Assembly (NCBI RefSeq): GCF_009834535.1
Contig: NC_045696.1
Coordinates: 87,236,001 to 87,300,000, forward strand
Length of the DNA stretch: 64,000 nucleotides
Origin: Camelus ferus
Taxonomy: Eukaryota
Reading direction: 5' to 3'
Position 1 is the first letter of the stretch, and every line of letters starts with the position of its first letter. Below, piece after piece: positions 51,031 to 63,561 of this stretch. The position numbers and the translations under genes were made by a program. The notes under the pieces were generated by a model. The model was not told where the DNA came from and ran no database searches. It was given only the letters and a program-made list of their open reading frames with translations.

Positions 51031-53285
51031 AGAAATCATCTTAACAACACTGAAACCCTTTGCCTACTAAACCTAAATCCCCCATTCCCCTAGCCCTTGA
51101 TAAATAGCTTTCTACTTCTCTTTAATTTTAACTACTTTACATGCTTCATATAGATGAACTCATACAGTATTTGTCCTTTTGTGACTGGATTATTTTACTT
51201 ATCCTTGAGTCCTTGAGATTCATTCATGATGTAGCATGTAACAGGATTTCCTTCCTTTTTAAGATTATTTTTAAATTGGGTTACTTGTTTATTGTTTTTG
51301 GGTTGTAGAAGTTCCCTGTATTGACATTAACTCCTTAGATATACAATATACAGTTATTTTCTCCTATGGGTTTATTTTTCATTCTGTAGATTTTTTATTT
51401 TTTGGATATGTGGAAGTTTGTAAGTCTTGTGTAGTCCCATTTGTCTGTTTTTTGTTGTTGCTGCCTTTACTTTTGCTTTCAAATCAAAAGAATCATTGCC
51501 AAATCCAAGCTGCAAAAGCTTTTAACCTATGTTTTCTTCTAAAATTTTAATAGTATAGGTCTTATATTAGGTCTTTATTCTGAGTTATTTTTTGTATAGG
51601 GTATAAGGTAAGTTTCCAACTGCATTCTTTTTCATGTGTATATTCAGTTTTCCCAACACCATTTGTTGAAGAGACTGTGTTTCTTCATTGTCTATTCTTG
51701 GCACCTTGTCAAAAATCACTGGGATATATCTGCAGGGGTTCATTTCTGAGTATTCTGTTCCATTGGTCTACATATCTTTTTATGCCAGTACCACAGCATC
51801 TTAATTACTGATGCTTAATAGTATGTTTGGAAACCAGGAAGTGTGAGGCCTCAATCTAGTTTTTTTCCCCTAAGTTTGTTTTGGCTATTTGGGGTCACTT
51901 GAGATTGCATATGAACTGTAGAACTTTTAAAAAATATTTCTACAAAAAGTGATGAGATTCTGATAGGGATTGCATTAAATCTTAAGTCTTCCAATCTATA
52001 AGCATGAACTGGCTTTCCATTTTTCAGTTTTCAGTTTTTTTGGTCTTCCTTGATTTTTTTTTAGCAATGGTTGGCAGATTTCAGTATCTTTCCATCAGTG
52101 AAATAAAATCTTTCACTTCCTTGGTTTATTCCTAAGTATTTTACTATTTTTGTGCTATATTAAATGGGATTGTTTTCCTAAGTTCCTTTTAAGATTAGTC
52201 ATTATTAATGTATAGGAATGCAACTGATTTTATGTGTATTGATTTTATATCCAGTAACTTTGCTGAATTTGGTTATTAGTTCTAATAGGGTTTGTTTTTT
52301 TTTGTGGATGTATGTGCAATCTTTAGGGTTTTCCACATATAAGATTTCTTCTGTGAATATAGATACTTTTAATTCTTCTTTTCCAATTGTTATGCCTTTT
52401 ACTTATTTGTTTTTCTTGTCTGATTGCTGTTTCTAGAACTTCCACTACTATGTTGAATGGTAGTGGCAAAAGTAAGGATTGTTGCTCATTCCTGATCTTA
52501 GGGGAAAAGATTTCAGTCTTACCCTATAATGATGTTAGCTGTGGGCTTTTCATATGTGGTTTCTTAGGTTAAGGTAACTTCCTTCTATTCCTAGTTTGTT
52601 GAGTGATTTTATCATGAAGGGGTGTTGGATTTTGTCAAATAATTTTTTCCTGTATCATTTGAGATGATCATACGGTTTTTGTCCTTTATTTTGCTAATGT
52701 TACATATTGTCTTGATCAATTTTCACATATTGGGCCATCCTTGCATTCTAGGTATAAATTGCATCTGGTCATGATATATGATCCTTTAAATATACTGCTG
52801 AATTCAGTTTTCTAGCATTTTATTTAGAATGTATGCCTCAGTATTTATCAGGAAAATTGGCCTATAGTTTTCTTTTTGTTCTGTCTTTATCTGGTTTTGG
52901 TATCAGAGTAATGCTTGTCTCATAGAATGAGTTTGGCAGTGTCCTCTTTGATTCTTTGGAAGATTTTGAGGATTGGTATTAATTTTTCTTTAAATGTTTG
53001 TTGGACTTCTTTAGTGAATCCATACAATCCTGAGGTTTTCTTTGTTGAGGGAGCAGTAATTAAACTCCTTCAAACTCCTCTCTAGTTATAGGTCTGCTCA
53101 GATTGTGTATTTCTTTATGGTTCAGCTTTGGTAAGTTGTATGTTGCTAGGAATTTATCTGTTTCTTCTGTGTTATTCAGTGGCATATAATTGTTAGTAGC
53201 TTTTTAAAAATTTTATTTCTGTGACATCTTTTGTTGTCTCCTCTTTCATTTCTAAATTTGAGTCTTTTTCCTCAGTCTATTCTAT
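51030..53285 (-). mobile_element. L1 (L1MB-like) 3' UTR plus ORF2 segment inserted in the ERV
   Basis: catacagtatttgtccttttgtgactgg...gttttcccaacaccatttgttgaagagactg...ttcctgatcttaggggaaaag. Confidence 0.92.
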
Positions 53286-53289
53286 TTCA

Positions 53290-53850
53290 AGAAGAATCTA
53301 ACAAATTAGTTCACAATGTGTTAAGCATGTTCACAAATAAAGATTTTTAGATAGCCATTTTTTGGTCCAGTACTACCTCACTTTAAGCTCTGAAAGAAGT
53401 TCAAAAAGTTCAAAGGATTATCCATGCCATGGCAAAGAGGAGTTACTGAGGTATGGGCAATTCCACCAAGACTACTGACTTTCTGAGAACAGTAGCTAAA
53501 TAGGGACAAGTAGTTAAACATAATAGAGCCATCATCTGTCCTCTTCCAGTCTCCCAAAGAAGTTCTTGTGCTGTCATTGGTGAAGAATGTTATATATATA
53601 TATATATCCCTAAAGACTTATCTAAAAACTTAAAAGTTTCCTAATGGATTTCAGATAGAAATGTCAAATGGGAAAAATCATGACTTCTCCAACAAGATGG
53701 TGCCAAAGCAGATTTCTTCTGGCTTGGCTTCAACCTGTGTTCATTGGGATTTGTGAAATGAAAGGACTGGCTCAGGAGGGTACTCTAGTTCTTAATAATT
53801 ATACTCTTCCTAGCTATATGCTCACTGTCATGTATAAAGAACAGTGTGAG
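53290..53850 (+). pseudogene. env: Endogenous retrovirus env remnant (TM subunit)
   Basis: GQVVKHNRAIICPLPVSQRSSCAVIGEECYIYIYIP (53504-53611) aligns with the immunosuppressive domain and CX6CC motif. In the same frame, KDWLRRVL*FLIIILFLAICSLSCIK (53762-53839) is the membrane anchor. Confidence 0.75.
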
Positions 53851-54189
53851 CTCTGGGAGCTTAAATTTTGTATGGGTTTGCCATACAAAATTTAAGCTCC
53901 CAACAAATAATTGTATGGCAATAAGAGTTTGAAAAACTGATGCTCACATCTGTTGAAAGAGCCAACTTAAACCTTTGTGTGCTATCGTAACACCTCAAAC
54001 TAAGTGCAGTCCTGGATTGAATGGGCCTTCAGACAGTCATGTTCTATACTCCAACTCAGGTATATTTTGCCTTTTAAATAATGGGTAGGTCTATTTCGAG
54101 ACTCTTTATTATGTTTCATTTTTCTATTGACCTAAGTTATGCTAATCCCTGTTACTAAGAAGCTATTAGAGCTCTATAGTCTTAATTTG

Positions 54190-55200
54190 TTAGCAGTTTT
54201 TTTTTCTTGATTAGTTTTTTAAAATGTTCATCATTTTTTTAATCTTTTCAAAGAATTAAATTTTGGTTTTGTTAAACTTTTTGTTCAAGCTTTTTCACTT
54301 TTCCTTTTTCTCTGCTCATCTTTCTTCTTTTCTTCTTTCTTTGGTTTCACTTTTCTGTATTTTTCTAACTCCTTAAGAAAGAACTTTGATTTTCAGCCTT
54401 TTAATATTTCAGCACTGTTCATAAGAAGATGTATACTATCCACCTTCTTCTTTCAAAAATATATTATTTAGTTCTGATAATTCTAGGTTATTATGTTTTT
54501 CTTTCAACACTTAAAGTATCTTTCTTTTGACTTTTGATATCCATAGTTTCTGTTGAAAAGTAAGCCAAAGACAGTGTTTTTGTGAAAGTATTGTGTCTTC
54601 TTTTTCTCTTGCTACTTTAAGGATTTTATCTTTATTTCTGGTTTTAGAAAGTTTGACTCTAGTAATCTGCATGTAATTCTGCTTATATTTGTCCTTTATG
54701 GAGCAGGTCCTAGCTTCTTGATTCTTTGGGTTAAAGTCTTAAGTTCTGAAAAATCATTAGACATTATCTTTTAAAATATTGTTTCTGCCTCAGTCTCATT
54801 GTCCTTTCATTCTGGTATTCCATTTAGACTTAGATCTTTTGCCTGCTTCCATAACTCTCATGCTTACTTATGCATTTTTTCCTTTCTTTCATTTTCTGAA
54901 TGTTCATTTCTTCCATTTTTCCTCATAATTTTCTATTCTGTAGTCTTTCAGTATTCTGCTATTAAACATAATCAATGATTTCTTAATTTCAGATATTTTT
55001 AAACTATTTAAATTCTCTAATTCATATTTCCCTTTATTTTCTTGAATAAAATAATCATAATTATTTTGACATCTATGGTTAATAATAACTATATCTAAAA
55101 CACCTGGGGGTCTATTTTAATTTTTCCCCTGCTTTTTGGACATTTTTTATATTTTAGTATGCTTCATTTTTTGCTTCACATTTCCTTTTAATTTTTATGA
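54190..55200 (-). mobile_element. Ancient L1 (L1ME-like) fragment
   Basis: T-rich antisense ORF1-like text (tttctgttgaaaagtaagcc; gctactttaaggatttt; ttagacattatcttttaaaatattgtttctgcc). Confidence 0.6.
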
Positions 55201-55424
55201 TAACTGTACTGATATATGGAAGGTATGCATAAACTTATTGAACTAGATAGGTTCTGCCTAAATCTCATGTAAATAAATCTGCCATATCTCTCTTTAAAAT
55301 TCAGGAAATGCACAGACTTTTAAAAAGCAAATAAATAATCCAAACTGAGATGCCTATAACTCTATGGATAAGAATTTTCGGATTCTCAAGCATGCATTTC
55401 ATTTAGACATTTATTTATATCTTT

Positions 55425-55990
55425 TAGTGTTTTATTTTGAAATAATTTTCAACTTTCAGAAAGTTTTAAAAAAATACACAAAATAATCCCATATACACTT
55501 TGCCTAGATTCAAAAAGTTACAACATTTTCTCTTCCTCCTAAATCTTCATTTTGCATATTTCCTAAGAACAAAGCATTTCATTTAAATAACAGTGCTATA
55601 TTTATCATGTTTAGAAAATGTAACATTCACACAACACTTTAACCTGTAGTATATATTGAAATTCTTGTATTCCACAGTAATACCCTATAAACGATTATGT
55701 TTCTTTGCTTTTCCTATAAAGGAGTCAATCAAGGGGGGAAAGTAATTTGCCATTAGTTTCCTTTAATCTGGAAGCTTTCCTGAATATTTCAGCGTCTTAT
55801 TGGCTACAATAATATAAAATTGATTATTTTTTCTTGGAGTATCACATTTTCAGGCACATATACCTGTTTGTCCACTACTGGCTATGTTAATTAGTGTTAT
55901 CTGGTTTCCCTGTATAGTTGCTACATATTTACTTTTGAAGTTTAATTAAGTAATTTGTGAGGAGACATTTGAGATATTTAAGACTCTATA
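55425..55990 (-). mobile_element. L1MC4-like 3' end
   Basis: ttttattttgaaataattttcaactttcagaaagtt...catatacactttgcctagattca...tatttcctaagaacaaagcatt. Confidence 0.7.
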
Positions 55991-58329
55991 TATACTGTTC
56001 TTGGTAGGTTATAAAAGGCTAATAAATGTTAAAGTAGCATTAAATGAGATTGTTCCTAGTATTTTCTCAGGGATTTTCTAATCAGTAGTCACAGCACTAA
56101 AATCAGGTTTATGGAATAGCTTTAAAGTATTATGTAAATTATTGAATTGCAGAAGAAAAGCATTTGAATTATTTAATAAAGGAAAGTGGTAAAATTTGAC
56201 TTCTTGTTTTGTTTAATACATGATAGTTGTTTTCAAATTCCACGTTTTGAAGCATAAAAATTAATGTTTGGGAATTCAATGCAATTTCAGAGTATTAACC
56301 AGACTTTTTAACTTGTCACATGTTTCATTTATATTTCAGCCACAGTAAAATTACTCCACATACTTAGTAAGAACAGTGACAACAAAAAAGCGTTATCTGT
56401 GAAGTAATTTCTTTTCAAGACCCCTGTCCTTTTAACTCTGCTATATGATATGCAGCAGTATTATTGCCAGTTTAGAGCAAGTATTTTTTTGATGTGAAAA
56501 ATTTAAAGAGCTATAGATGGAAGACAAAGTGTTATATTATTTATCTGTTTAGCAATATAATTTTTTTAAATATGTGCTCAATTTTTAAAAAACTGAGCTC
56601 AAAAAGTTTTAAATGTTTGGACGTTTAAACCTATGCCTTTTTATAAAGCCCAGTTTCAGAAATTAGTAATAGTCACTAAATACAAAGTTATTTACAAATA
56701 TATATTCAGATATCATCATGGTACAAAGGATATTTACATTGGCTTTGACAAAAAGGAAGAATCAGTTTTTGATGAAGCTGTAGTCAGTTTGAACATCAGT
56801 AATAAGAGAACTAAGGTAAAAAAAAAAACCAGGATTTACATTGTACAGGAATCTACATCATAGTTTATCTCAACATAAAGACTCCATACAACATTCAATT
56901 TTTACTTTCTGTTCTATGAAATAAGAACTGGCCACATTTTGCTGCTCATTGAAAATACAGTCTATCTACTGTTTCTACATAAGAATAGAAATGTGAAATA
57001 TACTGATATGATTGGATTATTTTGAATAGAATTATTATTGATATGCTGATAAAAATATATTGGGGATTCAGTTCTGAAAGGCTTAGAAAACATATAATGT
57101 TACCAAACTATGATTATTAATAATTGCCAAGTATTAGAGTTAAAAAGATTTATCTAAAACGTATGAAAATGCCATTAATCTAGACTCTTATTTTCCTTTG
57201 GTGGGGGCGTTATTATGTAAACCAACTTTTAATGAAAATAGAAAAATGTAGAAAAAGAACCTGGGGAAATAATTCTTCCTAATGATTGAAACATAACATT
57301 TTATTGTATATTCTTCAGTCTCTTAAAATGTATAATGGTTTAAAAGCACAGTTTCCATGAAATAAAAATAGGAAGTAAGCTGTAATTTCATGGGCAATAA
57401 CTGGTTTACCAGCTGGTCAATAACTGGTGACCGGGTGGTCAGAAGCACAAAGAAAGAGGCTCGATTGACAATTACCATGAACTTAGATAACAGGCCAAGC
57501 AAAAGAGACAATAAAGAAATCTCACTTTTGAGATTCAGGAAATAATACAAAGATGAATTTTTCCTCTCCATAACTCCAGATCTGTCTCCCAGTTCCTCAG
57601 TGTGGTAAATTATAGACATAAATAATATGAGTCACTGTCACTGGGTTTTGATGATATTCAGTCATACCAGAAAGGAGCTGAAAAGTAATTCATCTGAATC
57701 CTTTTTAAGTCAATAGCAATCTTACCTATGCCTTCTTTCTAGAATAGTAATTAAAACTGGGAAAATCAATACATAAATTTTGAAGACACTGAACGATAAG
57801 AAGTTTGAGGTGAATGTAGCATTTAGGATACAGATGAAGAACATATTTTTAAAGCTTTACTCTAGAAAATAAATTTTCTTCTGTTCTACTCTGATTTTTC
57901 TCAAGCCTGTCCTGTATATTACTAATTTAGTTTTCTACAGTACTTTTTGTATATTTTGTGGATTCTCATTCCATATAATATTTGAAATAATTATTGGCAT
58001 GCTCATTTATTATTACTGCTGTTTTTCTAAAATTTTATTTCTCCCACTTAAATTCTAAGACTTATAGAGCCAGAAAATACATATATGAAATCATGTAGAG
58101 ATATTTTCCTGGAGAAATTTTAAAAACTAATAAGAGAATAATATATAGAGGCAAAAAACTAATGGAGAGGAAATAATAGAGAAGTAAGAACCCCAAGAGT
58201 GGTAGGTCACATTGTCCAAAAATACACATCCACTAATCTTTTCTTACTTAGTAATAAATTTTTATATTTGGTTACAGTTTTATAAAACTATTTACGGTAA
58301 GTAGTATCATTACATTTAGTTTGCTTTCT

Positions 58330-58480
58330 CTTCTAACCAAGTATTTAATGATGAAGCAATCCATGACTATCAAATGTGTGTAAAGTCAGGACTATGATAC
58401 ATTAAGTAACTTTCCCAAAGCCATATACTGGCAAAAGCATGAGCTATTGCTCAGAACTAGTCTTACTCTCACATCATATC
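58330..58480 (-). mobile_element. MIR fragment
   Basis: ttaagtaactttcccaaagccatatac core motif. Confidence 0.45.
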
Positions 58481-61400
58481 TGAGATATACTGAAACAGAG
58501 AAGATTAAAGCTCCATTCCCCTCAGTAAAAAAATTTCACTTAAAACCATTTTAGCTTATTTGCCAAAGTAATATTTCCTGTATGACTACTACAGTCTATT
58601 AGAAAGCTGACCCTTCTGTCACAACATGTTACTTATAGTAAGTAAGTCTTTATAATGCTTGATGAAATATCATATTAAGTAATGATGCCTACTTCATAAA
58701 TTTCCAGTTACACTCTAGGAATGGATTCATTGCCTAGGACATGAAACTTATTTTATAACATAAACAAATATGGCTTCCCATGCTACTATTATCATATATA
58801 AAGTGATTAGCAAAATGTCAAGAGGCAGAGAGAGAAAGGGAAAGAGAAGAATATAAAACATACTTAATTGTCTAAAATAATTTTAAATTAGAGGGTTTTT
58901 ATTTTTAATATTTCCAGTTCTGACTTTTTAAATGGCAAAAGCATTGCTTATTCAAATAAGTGAAAGGGCAGTTACTCTATATCATAAGAAAAGGAATTTT
59001 GACTTTAATGGCTGTAAGTCAAGAATGAAAGCAGACACGAAAAACCATTGACATAACTGATGTGCTGGTAACCCATCAATATTAAAATTAATGGTTGTGG
59101 GAATGTGAGGACAGATTAAAGATATTCTCTTAGACACAGCAAGGACTATTTAATAGGTAAAATTGATTCTGAAGTGCTTTACTGAGAATAGGTAGCATAA
59201 GTCAGACATAACAGTAGTTACTCTGAGGTAAGTGGCAAAGTGTATTTAATTTAAATCATAGTATTATCATTGAATTAACAGTGTCTGTTCATGCTCCAGT
59301 CATAAAGCAATTCTTCCAGCTGTATTACTTCTGGAATTTTAGCAGGAACAAAAATAACACATTCAAATAAATACTCTTAAGTTCATGAATTATGTAATAT
59401 GAATGCCCTCAAATTAAAAGATGCACATGCCTAAATGAGCACATTGACTATAAAGCGATTTAATGCAATCAGATTCTTTTCTCACAGTCTATGGTTTTTC
59501 CATATATTATGTCCAAATTAAATTAACTTATTGAAGCTAACACCATAGTTAACTTTTATGCTTGTATTGTTTTACTCAGGTTTTTAAATTTATTATTTAC
59601 AAATTAATAACAAAGGGAGCAATATTAAGAGGGAAAATGTCTAAAAGTATCTATTTGAGGTTAATATTTAAAGCAGAATTACATTTTAGTCATACTGTTA
59701 TTAACAAAGAGGTATGGATCAAAAATAAACTAACAAATATAGAGAAAACTTTTTAAATGAGCTGCTGAATTTTAAATCCATTTTAAATCCATAAGTGCTG
59801 AAAATAACCTATAAGTGAAAAAACTTCAGTTTTTCAGGAATGAAATCATTTTTCTTAAAATTAATTACTCTATATAGCTCTTTCAATAAAACCTGTAAGT
59901 TTCAAATTAAAGTTTTTAATCCTTATCTTTTAGAGTAAGATTATCTGTAATTTGACTTTTGTATATAAAATGAATAATGCTTCTTGATTTTGAGATACAA
60001 AGGTTTTAAATATAATTAAATTTGGTAAGGAATTTATGGGTTTCTATAATTTGTTTACATGACATGACATCATTTCTTCATCTTTTTCAGTATGTTTAGA
60101 CATTTGTCTTTTTGCACAAATTTGCCTATGAAAGAAAATTTTGACCATTCAGGAAATATTTACTAATACTCCATGTAAATCAATGAAGTCACTGCTGTAA
60201 ACATAACAAATAAAAATTTTAGACATTTTAATTTGGGTAAAGCTGGAGGTGGGATCAAATAGGATCAAATCCCTTAGCCACCTGAATAAGCGCCCCACTC
60301 ATCTAGGGCATGTTGTTACCACCAAAATATATACATAGGCAGAAAGACAGAAAACATTACTACTGCCCCAGTTATTTCCAGTCGTGTTTAAGCATTTACT
60401 CCACTGCTTTACTTCCATTAGGGAGAGTGGTGTAGTGAATTAAGTAGCTCAGTTTCAGCTCCAAGGTTCCTGTAGATCCCAGATTATGATTTATATCTTA
60501 GGACACACATTATAATCTCATCACCAAGTCCTGTCTCACTGCCCTCAGGCCACCATAGTGTCACTTCCAATTTGCCCCTGTCTTTCTGTTTTATCCTTAT
60601 TTCTGGCACCTAAAGAAACAAGTGCATGTTGCCAGTCATGAACTGGAAGCCTCAAATGGGGACAATTTTGATGTTAGTGTCACACTTCTCTGAAAGTAAC
60701 TCAGGAATATGACAAATGGCACTTCCTTGCATTTGGAGAGAGAGGAAGTTAATCCAAGTTGTGCAATTGTACTCATACAAACCTCTCACTAAGTATAAAT
60801 AAACCAGAAAAAGCATGGTAGCGATGACGGAGAATTCCCCAAATCATCATTTATTTAATTTTCTTAATGAGAATAATCTCAAATTCCAAAGAGAAGCATG
60901 AAAAGTCTTTATTACACAAAAGCATAAAATGCTATTGTTTCCTTTTATCACTCTAATGTCTCAATCCTAAAGCACAAATAGTATCTATGAAATATTACTG
61001 TAATGGCAATAACACTGGTAATGCAATTTCAGTTATAATTGTTCCCCTAATAAAAATGACAGAGAAAATGAACAATTTATAGAAATATTATTGAGCATTT
61101 CCTTATCACTCTGCCAACAGATTTTACTTTTCTTCATATTAGTAAAATGTAACCAGGTTCAACAAGCTGACCCTTTCAATTTGCCACATTAAATTTTTTG
61201 TTTGCTGTTTTATCTTGCTGCTGTCTCATCTCAGTAACTCACATTCAAAACCTAATGGTCTGTAGCAAAGCTCAACCTCAGAAATCAGAACTATATGAAT
61301 ATGTGAAAGAATATCCCATAAAAGAAAGTCTTATGCTGCTTTACGATCTAGTCTTCTAATTTCAAAGTATCTTTGCCTTGCCAAATCTGAGTTGTCTCTG

Positions 61401-62388
61401 TCAAATATCACTAATTATCAGACATCATGTATCATGAGATTCCTTCCTCTCATATGTTATTAAAATAAAACTCACCATCACCTTGATTGTTCTTCCTTGT
61501 TGCTAGCTCTCAAATCCATTTCTTCCCCTATACACTGAAAACTTTCTCAGGCTTAATTACTCCAAGCCTGAATGAAAATCATGACCTATAGAAAGGCAGA
61601 TGTCTAATCAAAATCTCTTATGGCTTCAAATGTGGATAAAGGAATAAAAGTTTCCTAGAAATTAAAAAAAAAAAAGCTAGTTTCTCTTCATCTAATGCAT
61701 CTGAATGCCACTAAGGAGATGAGCTATTAACATGCCACAGATAAAATGTGAAGTGACCAGGACTTATCAGAGGAGAATCAGGGAATATATTAATCATGTA
61801 ACAGAGGGAAAATCAATAAAAATATTTGGTAGAAATATGATGAGTTAGGAAAACAAATTGAGGACAAAATATACAGATGATCAAGTTGACATGGAGAAGA
61901 GATCAAAACAGACATGGCAATGGTTTTCTGTCTTGCCACCAGAGGTGTGAAGTTTGAGGTGAGCCAAAAACAAAGGGGGGTAGTTTTAATAAAATAGTCC
62001 TAAGGCTGCTATGAATGCTGAATTGCATGTCTATCTTGTAAAAACATAATGAACTTGCCACCCTACTGCCTGGTTATAGGATGAGCATAAATGTTGGTCA
62101 AGTAGTTAGAAACTAGAGGCTGAGGAACATGAAACTCTTGCAAAGTATTATGAGAAAGTTTGGACAGGAGTCTTGATGGATTAGAGGAATGTGTATGCTA
62201 AAGGGTTAACTTGAGCTTGCCTATTCAGTGACCTCTTGGGAACTGCAGACCTCTTTTATCTGCCTGTGCTCTGATCACAGGCAGCAGAAATAGTAAAGTA
62301 AATGTTCCATGAGTACATATTTCATCACTTTATCTGCTGATTAGATTGTTATATGGGAAGAAGCATGAAAGAAACGGGGTGGGTGGAT

Positions 62389-62780
62389 GTATTAGTCAGG
62401 AATACATTCATCAGCCAGGTGGAAACAAAAAAATCCTACTGATGGTAAGATGTTTTTGTATCATGAAGCTCAGGGCTAGTATGGTGTCTAAAAGTTATCA
62501 CTAGGAATTCAGGCTGTTTCCAGCTTTTCACTCTCACCCTTAGGAGCTCAGTCTTTTACCACATGCTTGTGGTTTTATGTCTCCTCCTCCCAACCAAGAA
62601 GCAGCAGGATGGGGGAATGAGGAATAGTTGTCATCTGTAGGGAAAAAGCAAGTTGCTTTTCCAGAAAGGCCTATCTGATTATGCCCCATTGGCCATAACT
62701 ATATTTCATGGTCTCATATTCACATAGCACACTGCTACCCTAAACAAATTCAGGAGCATGTTGGGAAAAAAAATACCAGC
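62389..62780 (-). mobile_element. Old MaLR/ERVL LTR (MLT1J/K-like)
   Basis: Starts tgtattagtcagg; contains ccattggccataact...tcatggtc. Confidence 0.5.
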
Positions 62781-62889
62781 TAGTAATAAAACATTTTCCC
62801 AGTTACAGCTAATAAATTCCACACTCAAAGAGAATAATTGAAGAGGGACATATTTACAATATTTGGGTAATGTTAAGGAAAATGAAACA

Positions 62890-63230
62890 GAGATGATAAA
62901 GGACCCCAGGGTCAGAAATAGCAGCGAGTCATCACTATGTCTATACTGAAGGAAAAAAGAAGGAGCCATTACTGTTGCCCAGAGAGATAAAGCTATCGTT
63001 GTAGGAGCAGTCTTCTGGGCAGGAACTCTGTCAATCCACAGGTTGGCAGAGAGGGAGAATAATTACCGTAACATCACTCTCCTCCCGCCTCTAGTCTCTT
63101 GCTTATGTCTGCCACTGGTCAAATCCAACTAGAAGGCAGAAGGTAATGGACCCAGTAAAACGGTCTACAAATTTCCACCTTTTTGGGGAGGCAAGAAGAG
63201 TAAGCAAAGCATCAGGCAAATGAAGGGGAG
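62890..63230. mobile_element. Old ERVL-type LTR fragment (LTR33/LTR41-like)
   Basis: ctctcctcccgcctctagtctc...ccactggtcaaatccaactagaaggcagaagg motif. Confidence 0.45.
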
Positions 63231-63561
63231 TACGTTTTAAGGAGTAGATGCAGAATGGCCAGTGCAATATCCAATTACCATGTTAAGTCTGTGGGAGAAA
63301 TGCTGAACAAAGAAAGATTTAGGGACATACATGCCATCAGTTGATACTTAAAGACTGGCTAGGCTTTTGGTGCAAGTGGATACACATCAATTGCATTGTT
63401 CAATAAAGATGATCTTGGGTAACTGCACTCACAGCAACCCACTTCTTCTGTTTAACATGTATCAAGTATACATTTAAATAATTTTTGTGGCACTGAATTT
63501 TTTCCCAAACTTGACTGAATGTATTATGCAAAAAGAGATTGCTACTGACCTATTCATTGCT

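Noticed and set aside
56710..56815. Possible plus-strand exon (ag|ATATCATCATGG...AACTAAG|gtaaaa; YHHGTKDIYIGFDKKEESVFDEAVV)
   Set aside because: No polypyrimidine tract, a weak donor, an unrecognised peptide and no partner exons.
57323..57619. 98-aa hydrophobic minus-strand ORF as a membrane protein
   Set aside because: The hydrophobicity is explained by T-rich codons; there is no family motif and no convincing start or splice context.
1113..62969. ORFs in the supplied six-frame track as host genes
   Set aside because: All are 125 aa or shorter. Many lie in L1, LTR or MITE sequence or reflect low-complexity T/A-rich composition, and I recognise none as a host protein.
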